From Fibrobacteria bacterium (GTDB lineage: Bacteria; Fibrobacterota; Fibrobacteria; UBA11236; JADFYW01), in NCBI GenBank assembly GCA_050294405.1, contig JBNKOC010000012.1, forward strand, positions 192,001 through 256,000: a DNA stretch of 64,000 nucleotides. Reading direction: 5' to 3'. This document shows, in pieces, positions 37,487-45,638 of the stretch. Position 1 is the stretch's first letter; every line of letters starts with the position of its first letter. The notes below the pieces were generated by a model that saw nothing but the letters and a program-made list of their open reading frames with translations, did no database searches and was not told where the DNA came from. The position numbers were made by a program, and so were the translations under genes.

Positions 37487-40400
37487 ATGTCAGACTCTAA
37501 AATACATCTTCCCATGTATCATAAGGCGGTTGAAAAGCTCGCCCATAAAAGATTGTGGAAAAAAATATTTAGTTTGGCCCTCATTTGTTTTAGCGCCCAT
37601 TGCATATTCTTAAGCGTAACAGGGTTAATTCTCAACGAATTTCCTTTTTCAAAAACAGTTTTACTGGTATCCTGTTTTTCATTTTTAATTTGGGCGATTC
37701 CCTTTTGCGCCTTCCTATGGCAAAAGGCAAAAATAAAAAACAGATATTTGGCCACCGCAAAAGATCTGGACGTTTTAAACCCCCATTTGGACGATGGTTT
37801 CCAGCTCTCTCAATCTTCCCTTAGCGCAGATAATCAGGACAATACTTATTCCAGCCTTACCAAATATTACAGCGAAAAATTTGTGGATGTTCATTGGCCT
37901 AAAGTGAAATTTTCCAGATTGGTTTTGGGCATTTTGTTTCTGGGAGTTGTACTTTGGTCCCTCCCCTTGTTATTTGTTAAAGACAGAGAACTGTACGTTG
38001 CCAATACCGTTTGGCCTTTTCAGCAGCTGCAAAAAATTCCAACCTTGATAATTGAACTGGAATCTGTTCCGCAGACAGTTAAAAAGGGCGAAGATGTGCG
38101 ATTCAGAGGTCTGTTAAAAAACTACTCCAGAGATCAAAATATTTATGCTTATATCTCCCATGGCCATAAAGAATTGAGATATCCTGTTGAGGTAAACAAT
38201 TCCCGTTTTCAATTTTCGAAACAGGCCAACGAAGATTTTCAAATTTTTTTTGCAGGAGAAAACGGCAAAAGTAAATCTTTGAAAATAAGAGCTCTGGAGG
38301 AACCTCGCCTCAGCCAAATTCAATTGACTATTGTGCCTCCCGATTATACGGGCTTAAAGGCGGATAGTTTGCCAGTTGGAATGGTGGAACCCAATGTTTA
38401 TCCTGGCAGCCAAGTTAGCTGGTCTTTAAAAGCAGATAGGGAGCTTTTGGATGCCAGGTTATTAATCTGGTCCATGGAAAAAGACTCCCTTTTAATGGAA
38501 AAGAAACTCGGTGGCGGGCAAATTTTTTCTTTAAATCTTTTAGCTGGGGGCAAAAAGAAAAAGGGCGATTTTATTTTGCCACTTAAATATTCCTTTATCC
38601 TCAGGGATAAGAGCGGAATCGAAAGTGCAAATGCGCAGAATTATGTTATAAATGCCAAAGAGGATACATATCCAGAGCTGGAAATTGTAGAGCCCACTGA
38701 TTTTTTGCTGGAGAATGTAGGAAAAATCCCCCTGGGAATTTCAGCTAAAGATGATTTTAAAATTTCCAGCTTGTACCTGTATTATAAACTCAGCAGTGAT
38801 GGTTATGTAAAAGATTCCAGCAGAATTTCCATTTACCAATGGTTGAAGGCATCTTCGGGGAGCTATGTATTTAAAGAATGGGATGTAGGCTTTTTGGGAA
38901 TTCGTCCTGAAAATGAATTGGAAATTTATTTATTGGGTTGTGATAACGACAATGTATCTGGTCCTAAATGCAGCCGCTCCCCCAAAAAGCAATTTAAATC
39001 TCCTTCCGTGCAGGAAGCCATGGCTTTGGCCGCTAAAAGAGAATCAGAAACCATGTCGCTGATAAAAAGCGCTGTGGAGCGGCAAAAAAATGTGGAGGAA
39101 AAGCAAAAACGGGCCGAGCAAATGGAAAATAAAGATAACTTGCCTGCCGCAAATTTTGAAATCCGACAGATACTGTTGGAAAATCCAAGGAGACTTTTAA
39201 ATCAAGCTGAAAATACTTTGCAGCGCATGAGGAACATGGAACTTAAAGGCTCAAAATCCCAAACTACAAACAGCCAGAAGTTTCGCTCTTTGGAAAAGCA
39301 AATTCAAAAAACAAAGGAGAATTTGCCCAAATCCGATATTATGCAGGCTAAGTCTCCAGAAAAGATGGAAACAGTGGATAGAATAATGAGGGATCAAAAA
39401 AAAATAAAAAAAGAGCTCGAGAGTATTGATACTCAAAAAAAATCTGAAATGGAAATTAGCAAGAATTATCTGGAAGAGAATATTGATAAAGCCTTGGAAA
39501 AGGAAGAGAGCCTAAAGGAATATTTAAAGTCAGAAGAAAATCAAAAGCAACTGGAAGAAAAACTAAAGGAAGAAATGTTAAGCGAACAAAGCGAGGCTGT
39601 TCAGGATGTTATGGAAAGCACTGAAGAACTTCAAAAGATGATCGAACAAAGTTTGAAAAACCCCATGTTTTCCAAGGATTTGCTGGAAAAAATGGAAAAG
39701 GTGCAAGAACTTTTGCGAGAGGCTTTGCCTGACTCTTTAAGAAAGCTAATGGAGAAAAAAATGGAAGGCCAGGAAGTCAATGCTTCCGATTTGAAAAATA
39801 GTTTATCCAAATTAATGGAAAATAAAGATGCCTTTGAGCAGAGCATTGAACGGGCCTTGCGGGCTTTGGAAGACATGAAAAAATTAAGAGAACTCGATAA
39901 TATCCGTCAGGAGTTGCTCCAGGCGAAAAAACGCGAGGAGGAGTTGAAAAATAAGCTGGACAAGGCAAAAGAAAATAAGAGCAATTCCCAGCTAGCTAAC
40001 ATGCAGGAAAGTATTAATAAATCTGTAAATAAAAGCTTAAGCAGTTTAGAAGAAAAAATGAGCAATGCCAAACTTCCACCCTTTTTGAAAAAGGAGATGC
40101 AAAAAAAACTGAAAGAGAAAATGGATAAGTTGAAAGATCAACTGGCAAAAGAAAGAGGCGATAAATCCGAAGCTTCCCAAACCGCTGGAGATGTTGTGAA
40201 AGAACTCTCCCAAATGGCCGAATCCATGACATCAATGATACAAGGAATGGCAGGTCAGCAAGGCCCCTCTGTGGATGTGAAACTTATTGAAAGGCTGACT
40301 AATGAATCCTTAAAACTCTCTGAACTGCAAATGTTAATTGCCTCGGACTACCCTGTGCGAAAAGGGGAAGGGTGGGAGTCTGAAGAAAATCACCTATATT

Positions 40401-41236
40401 ATTCAGCCCATCAAATTGCCAATTGGATATATCAGGAATTGCAAAAATTAAGTGCGGAAGTTCCATTTGTAAGCTCTTACCTGCTAACGCAAAGCCGGAT
40501 ATTATCAGAAAGTCTTAAACAATCTTCCACTAGCAAGTCTTATTTATCTCTTTCCAAAGCAAAAGATTCAAACCAAAAAGTAAGTCGGGAGTTATTAAAA
40601 CTTTTAAAATTAGCCAAATCCATGCCTCCTCCTTCCGGGCAGGGACAAGGCCAAGGAGATCCCCAAAACTCCCAGGGAAACAACCCGGAAGGAGGAAGCG
40701 ATTTATCCACACAACTCAAAGGACTTTCGGGAAAACAAATGGCGGTCAATCAGGCAACTTCTGAATTGCTGAAGTCTTTAATGAAGAGCGCAAAAGGAAA
40801 AGGACAGATGCAAAGCCCTCAGTCTTTGGCCAATAACCAGGGCCAGCTTGGAGAGCAATTGGAAAGCATGGCTGAAGGGGCTGATGAAAAAGGCGGTGCG
40901 GCGAGCAAGCTCAGAAAATTAGCTGAAGAGGCTCGATACATTGAAGGGGAAATGCGAAAGGGAAGGTTAACTCCCGAGCTTAAGGAAAGGCAGGAGCGCT
41001 TTCAATCCCGCTTGCTGGAGGCCTCCAATGCCCTGGAAGAAAGAGGTTTCAGCAATGAAAGAGAAGGAAAATTATCGCGCTTAAAAGAAAAGAATTCTCC
41101 TCAAAATACCAAAGTCTCCCGGGATAAATGGCAGGAATTACTGCTAAAGGAGAAAAAAAGGGCACAAAAAGCTAATATGGAGTCCGAAGATAAAGAAAAA
41201 GTGGATGGATTTTTTGAGATAATGCTTACGCGATAA
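37487..41236 (+). CDS. Large membrane protein with Ig-like domains and long coiled coil (DUF4175-like)
   Basis: 3 N-terminal TM; PPDYTGL, D.YP, AKDDF, DNDNVSGPK; Q/M-rich coiled coil; RLLEA near the C-terminus. Confidence 0.7.
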   Translation: MSDSKIHLPMYHKAVEKLAHKRLWKKIFSLALICFSAHCIFLSVTGLILNEFPFSKTVLLVSCFSFLIWAIPFCAFLWQKAKIKNRYLATAKDLDVLNPHLDDGFQLSQSSLSADNQDNTYSSLTKYYSEKFVDVHWPKVKFSRLVLGILFLGVVLWSLPLLFVKDRELYVANTVWPFQQLQKIPTLIIELESVPQTVKKGEDVRFRGLLKNYSRDQNIYAYISHGHKELRYPVEVNNSRFQFSKQANEDFQIFFAGENGKSKSLKIRALEEPRLSQIQLTIVPPDYTGLKADSLPVGMVEPNVYPGSQVSWSLKADRELLDARLLIWSMEKDSLLMEKKLGGGQIFSLNLLAGGKKKKGDFILPLKYSFILRDKSGIESANAQNYVINAKEDTYPELEIVEPTDFLLENVGKIPLGISAKDDFKISSLYLYYKLSSDGYVKDSSRISIYQWLKASSGSYVFKEWDVGFLGIRPENELEIYLLGCDNDNVSGPKCSRSPKKQFKSPSVQEAMALAAKRESETMSLIKSAVERQKNVEEKQKRAEQMENKDNLPAANFEIRQILLENPRRLLNQAENTLQRMRNMELKGSKSQTTNSQKFRSLEKQIQKTKENLPKSDIMQAKSPEKMETVDRIMRDQKKIKKELESIDTQKKSEMEISKNYLEENIDKALEKEESLKEYLKSEENQKQLEEKLKEEMLSEQSEAVQDVMESTEELQKMIEQSLKNPMFSKDLLEKMEKVQELLREALPDSLRKLMEKKMEGQEVNASDLKNSLSKLMENKDAFEQSIERALRALEDMKKLRELDNIRQELLQAKKREEELKNKLDKAKENKSNSQLANMQESINKSVNKSLSSLEEKMSNAKLPPFLKKEMQKKLKEKMDKLKDQLAKERGDKSEASQTAGDVVKELSQMAESMTSMIQGMAGQQGPSVDVKLIERLTNESLKLSELQMLIASDYPVRKGEGWESEENHLYYSAHQIANWIYQELQKLSAEVPFVSSYLLTQSRILSESLKQSSTSKSYLSLSKAKDSNQKVSRELLKLLKLAKSMPPPSGQGQGQGDPQNSQGNNPEGGSDLSTQLKGLSGKQMAVNQATSELLKSLMKSAKGKGQMQSPQSLANNQGQLGEQLESMAEGADEKGGAASKLRKLAEEARYIEGEMRKGRLTPELKERQERFQSRLLEASNALEERGFSNEREGKLSRLKEKNSPQNTKVSRDKWQELLLKEKKRAQKANMESEDKEKVDGFFEIMLTR

Positions 41237-41258
41237 ATTATAATATCATATAAAGGTT

Positions 41259-42065
41259 ATGAATTTGAAATATTTTGTGGTGCTAGACAGGCTGTTGATT
41301 TGGATTGGGAAATTTGTCCACAACTCCATCCAAACATCGCAGGAATATCTCATATTTGTATTCCAGGTGTTTAAACATCTTCCCCAGGTATTTAAAAACT
41401 TCCATTTTACCGTGGAGCAGATGCATATCATTGGCACTACTTCTATCCCCCTTGTTGCCACCACTTCCATTTTTACCGGCGGTGTGGTTGCCATTCAATT
41501 TGTGACTCAATTCGGAGATTACTTACCCCTTCGATATGTTGGCACTGTAGTGGGCAATACGGTTATGGTGGATTTAGGTCCGGTGCTAACAGCTCTTGTG
41601 GTCACAGGTCGGGTAGGGGCGGCTATGGCTGCCGAGCTTGGGACTATGGCGGTAACAGAACAATTGGATGCCATGAGATGTTTAAACTTAAACCCTTTTC
41701 GATTTTTAATGGCGCCGCGATTGGTAGCGGGAATGATTATGTTGCCTGTACTTACCATTTTTTCTTCGTTGGTTGCCATCATGGGAGCTTTGGCCATTTT
41801 GTATATATTAAAAGATGTGCCTCCTGCTATTTTCTTTTCCGGGGTGCGTTTGTTCTATTCGGATTGGGAGCTTTCCGTAGGGCTTATGAAGGCATTTGCC
41901 TTTGGAATTGTAATCACCAGCTTTGGTTGTTTTTTCGGCTATAACAGCACTCACGGAGCAGAAGGAGTGGGCCGAGCGACCCGCGCTTCGGTGGTTGCCT
42001 CAGATATTTCTATCTTGATTACCGGTTATGCGGTATCTTATTTCCTTCTCACAAAACATTTCTAA
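41259..42065 (+). CDS. mlaE: MlaE family ABC permease
   Basis: LGPVLTALVVTGRVGAAMAAELGTMAVTEQLDAM, GAEGVGRAT. Confidence 0.93.
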   Translation: MNLKYFVVLDRLLIWIGKFVHNSIQTSQEYLIFVFQVFKHLPQVFKNFHFTVEQMHIIGTTSIPLVATTSIFTGGVVAIQFVTQFGDYLPLRYVGTVVGNTVMVDLGPVLTALVVTGRVGAAMAAELGTMAVTEQLDAMRCLNLNPFRFLMAPRLVAGMIMLPVLTIFSSLVAIMGALAILYILKDVPPAIFFSGVRLFYSDWELSVGLMKAFAFGIVITSFGCFFGYNSTHGAEGVGRATRASVVASDISILITGYAVSYFLLTKHF

Positions 42066-44801
42066 ATGAACAATCAAATCGAGCTTTTTAAAAACCCGAA
42101 GCTCGCATCTATTGATGTGAGCCACAATTCCCTGCGTTTGTTTTCTGATTTAGTTCAGGAAGCGTTTTATGAAAATGATTTTGCAAAACACAACCAGCAG
42201 GTAAAATCCTTAATCGCCCAACAAAAGGAAGCGATTCGCACTGGCAATAAAAACCCCGGCTCGGGAGTTTCAACAGTTAAATATATCAGCGAAATGGTAG
42301 ATGTTTTAATTCGCGGTATTTGGGACCAGTTGGAAATTAAAATGGAAAGCACTCAAAAGACCATAGCAATTGTGGCTGTGGGTGGCTATGGTCGATTGGA
42401 ATTGTGCCCCAATTCCGACATTGACTTGTTAATATTAACATCCAACAAAATCACCCAGGAAGAACAGGACCAGGCAGAAACCTTGGTGCGTAACTTATGG
42501 GATTATGGATTTGAAGTGGGATCTTCGGTTCGCTCTGTGAAGCAATGTGACGAGGCCATAAGCAACGATTTTGAAACCTGGACTTCTTTTTTAACGGAAA
42601 GATTTATTGCAGGCAATTATCAGGTGTATAAATCGTTTTTAAAATTGATTAACAAACCGGTAGTTCCCTGGAGGATTTCCCAGTTTTTAAAGTTTAAACT
42701 AAACGAACGCAAAAAAAGGATTCAAAAATTCGGCGGTTTAATTCAGTTATTGGAGCCTAATTTAAAAGAGGGAACTGGCTGTCTTAGGGATGTTCATACT
42801 ATTCAATGGATATCCCGTATTAAATTTGGCTGTAAATATTGGGAAGATTTGGTTCGGGAAGGCTTGATGGCGCCTCAAGAAATGGAGGAGCTTCGCAATG
42901 GTTACGAATTTTTGTTGCGGGCGCGCTGTTGTTTGCATTATGTAAATAATAAGAAAGAAGACTTTTTGGGTTTCCATATTCAGCCCGATGTGGCCCGGGA
43001 ATTTGGTTATGACGGAGAAGAAGGCGATCAAAATGTGGAGTGGTTTTTGCAATCTTTTTACCGGCACTCCAAGGCCATAAACCGTATTACCGAAAGCTTT
43101 TTAAGCCAGTGGGAAAAAAACACCTATCACGGCCAAATGTTAGGCCAAGTTAAAGGTCACAAAATATTTGCCCACGAAAAAGGCAGATTGGATTTAAACA
43201 GTCCCGTGGGAAATCCATTTAGCAATAATATTGGCCTTATGCTGGAATACTTTAGCCTGGCCAACACCACCGGGCTTGCCTTTGGCAACATGGCTTTACA
43301 CCGTATCCGTCAGGCAGTAAATACTATTCAAACAGACAAAGTGGACATCACCTCTTACATAAAACCCTTTTTGAATTTGTGCAAACGTCCCCAAAGAGTG
43401 GGTCGAATGCTAAGGGCTATGCATGAGGTAGGTTTGGTGGAACTAATAATCCCTGATTTCTTATATGTGAATTGCCATACCCAGCACAATATTTATCATA
43501 TTTACACCACCGATGAACACACCTTAACCGTGGTGAGGCAGCTGGCTTATTTAAAGGGCGATCCCAACCCCATGTTAGATACCCTTAAAGAAGCCTTTGG
43601 CCATGTAAAAAATATTGATGTGTTGATTTTATCCTGCATATACCACGATATTGCAAAAGCATTGCCCGGCGATCACAGCGAAGTAGGAGCGGAGCTTATC
43701 CGAAAATTTTTAAAGAAGGCTGGATTTTCCAATGAAGAATGCGAACAAGGCTCCATGATGGTGCTACATCATTTGGCCATGAATGAAATTGCCCAAAGGC
43801 GAAACTTGGATGATCCTAAAACTATTTCAGATTTTATTGAAAAAATAAAATCCCCTCAAAACCTTCATATGCTTTATGTATTAACTTATTGCGACATTTC
43901 CTCTGTGCATCCTGATGCCTGGTCTGATTGGAAAGCTGTTCTATTAAAAAAGCTTTATTTAAAAACATTAATTGAAATGGAGCAGCCTGATTATCGTGAA
44001 CATCTGCAAAAAAATATTGAAAAGAGGCTGATAAAGGCCTTAAAAGAAGAATACCCTCCCTCAATTACGGTAAATCACTTAAGACTAATGCCCAAACAAT
44101 ACCGAAGTTCTGTTGATGTGGAGACTTTAAAAAACCATTTGCAAATGGTGGAAAAGCTCAAAAGAAATAAAGTGGTCATTGAATTGACCAAGCGGGATAG
44201 TTATTACCGTATTTCTGTTGCGGCTGTTGACAGACCTTATTTGTTAGCCGCTTTGGCGGCAAGTTTTTCCTCTCATGGTGTTTCCATATCCAATGCAAAG
44301 ATATTTACCCGTTCGGATGGTGTGGCTATTGACGAATTCCAGTTTGCCGGCCATGAGGATGTTAAAATTAATTTACCTAACTTGCAGAAAAAAATTGAGC
44401 ATGAATTCAAAGCAAACTTAAAGCTTTCCCCCGATGAATTGTACGCCAAGCAAACCAAATTAAAGGCAAAACCTTTGTTTCCACAGGCCTATAAGCCCGC
44501 TAAAATAAGGCGTGCCTCCCATGTACCTTTTGGAGCTAAGTTCTCAAACAGGTACTCAGATAGCTTTAGCACGCTGGATTTAAGCTGTCTGGATGTGATG
44601 GGATTAATGTATTTAGTTACTAATGTATTCTCTAAACTGGAAATCCAGGTACATGGAGCCATCTTAACTACAGAAGCCGGAACGGCAATGGATGCTTTCT
44701 ATATTACTGATATGTTTAATCGGAAAATAGAGGATAAGGAAAAAATTTCCCTTATTACAAACCAAATGGAACAGGAAATAATTAAAAAAGTTTCAAGCTA
44801 A
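42066..44801 (+). CDS. glnD: [Protein-PII] uridylyltransferase
   Basis: AVGGYGR..L.P.SDIDLL, EPNLKEGTGCLRD, YHIYTTDEH, HDIAK, two ACT domains. Confidence 0.94.
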   Translation: MNNQIELFKNPKLASIDVSHNSLRLFSDLVQEAFYENDFAKHNQQVKSLIAQQKEAIRTGNKNPGSGVSTVKYISEMVDVLIRGIWDQLEIKMESTQKTIAIVAVGGYGRLELCPNSDIDLLILTSNKITQEEQDQAETLVRNLWDYGFEVGSSVRSVKQCDEAISNDFETWTSFLTERFIAGNYQVYKSFLKLINKPVVPWRISQFLKFKLNERKKRIQKFGGLIQLLEPNLKEGTGCLRDVHTIQWISRIKFGCKYWEDLVREGLMAPQEMEELRNGYEFLLRARCCLHYVNNKKEDFLGFHIQPDVAREFGYDGEEGDQNVEWFLQSFYRHSKAINRITESFLSQWEKNTYHGQMLGQVKGHKIFAHEKGRLDLNSPVGNPFSNNIGLMLEYFSLANTTGLAFGNMALHRIRQAVNTIQTDKVDITSYIKPFLNLCKRPQRVGRMLRAMHEVGLVELIIPDFLYVNCHTQHNIYHIYTTDEHTLTVVRQLAYLKGDPNPMLDTLKEAFGHVKNIDVLILSCIYHDIAKALPGDHSEVGAELIRKFLKKAGFSNEECEQGSMMVLHHLAMNEIAQRRNLDDPKTISDFIEKIKSPQNLHMLYVLTYCDISSVHPDAWSDWKAVLLKKLYLKTLIEMEQPDYREHLQKNIEKRLIKALKEEYPPSITVNHLRLMPKQYRSSVDVETLKNHLQMVEKLKRNKVVIELTKRDSYYRISVAAVDRPYLLAALAASFSSHGVSISNAKIFTRSDGVAIDEFQFAGHEDVKINLPNLQKKIEHEFKANLKLSPDELYAKQTKLKAKPLFPQAYKPAKIRRASHVPFGAKFSNRYSDSFSTLDLSCLDVMGLMYLVTNVFSKLEIQVHGAILTTEAGTAMDAFYITDMFNRKIEDKEKISLITNQMEQEIIKKVSS

Positions 44802-44825
44802 TCTTGATTTTTTTATTCAATTTGC

Positions 44826-44854
44826 TTGACTAAACTAATTAATAACTTTATCAT
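44826..44854 (+). promoter_or_regulatory. Sigma70-type promoter of the histone-like gene
   Basis: TTGACT-N17-TATCAT. Confidence 0.6.
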
Positions 44855-45001
44855 AGTTAAGTCACAACCGTGGTAAGGATTTGGACTTAACAAAGTTCAC
44901 AGTTCATCAAATCAATTGCACCCACCAATACATTATGTATAGTAAGCTTGATTTGTCCCCATGGTATGTTCCATTTAACCGCCAAGAGAGGGGGTGATAG
45001 C

Positions 45002-45262
45002 ATGGCTGTAAAGAAGAAAAAAGCCACAAAGAAGAAAGTAGCCAAAAAGGCCACCAAGAAAAAAGTAGCTAAAAAAGCAACAAAAAAAGTTGCTAAGAAA
45101 GCCACTAAGAAAAAGGTAGCTAAAAAGGCAACTAAGAAGAAAGCTGCTAAGAAGGCTACTAAAAAAGCTGCTAAGAAAAAAGCAACTAAAAAGGTCGCCA
45201 AAAAGAAAGCAACAAAGAAAAAGGTTGCTAAGAAAAAAGCTGCTAAGAAAAAGAAAAAATAA
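45002..45262 (+). CDS. Histone H1-like Lys/Ala-rich nucleoid protein
   Basis: 86 aa with 49 Lys in repeating KK(K)AT/VA/AA units; GGGGGTGA RBS; synonymous codon variation; promoter and terminator present. Confidence 0.8.
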   Translation: MAVKKKKATKKKVAKKATKKKVAKKATKKVAKKATKKKVAKKATKKKAAKKATKKAAKKKATKKVAKKKATKKKVAKKKAAKKKKK

Positions 45263-45284
45263 TCCGCTGGATTCAGCGTTTTAT

Positions 45285-45321
45285 ATAAAAGGGTCTACTG
45301 TTTTTCAGTGGGCCCTTTTTA
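45285..45321. terminator. Rho-independent terminator between the histone-like gene and argS
   Basis: AAAAGGGTCTACTG-loop-CAGTGGGCCCTTTTT hairpin between convergent genes. Confidence 0.85.
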
Positions 45322-45322
45322 T

Positions 45323-45617
45323 GAGAACCTCTAAAAATGGGGCGTCGCATTGCTCCTTCAAGCTCGAATAGGTTAATCACAAGCCCCCTCGGGTGCCCTC
45401 GTGACATGATACATCGTTGTTTCTCATCGTCAAAATAGTCGTCACAAGTTCCACTTGTTTCCTTTAAGCTCAATAAGCATAGGCATTCAGGTTTCTCGGT
45501 TCCTCATTTACCAACAGTAAACTCCGGTTTTTGGGCGTCGCTTGGCTCCTTCAAGCTCGCGTTCCGCTTCGGTTCCTCTTCAAATGCCTCGTCTGATGTC
45601 ACGATCTTCAATTTTTA
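45323..45617 (-). repeat. Expanded composite copy of the MITE-like element (three degenerate modules)
   Basis: 45533-45617 matches 13842-13926 (81/85) and 45328-45366 matches 13900-13938 (37/39) on the opposite strand. Confidence 0.75.
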
Positions 45618-45638
45618 AATTCCTTTACTCTAATCCAT

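Noticed and set aside
44887..45201. 104-aa hydrophobic ORF (FLVAFF repeats)
   Set aside because: Antisense shadow of the Lys/Ala-rich gene; promoter, RBS and terminator all support the plus strand
45011..45259. Tandem 24-27-bp repeats as a possible CRISPR or VNTR
   Set aside because: No spacers; variation is synonymous, so it is a coding repeat
45273..45473. 66-aa ORF inside the composite repeat
   Set aside because: TTG start, crosses the terminator, no transposase or other motif
45323..45617. CRISPR array interpretation of the three modules
   Set aside because: Boxes are short and degenerate, the period is irregular (87 and 106) and no cas genes are present
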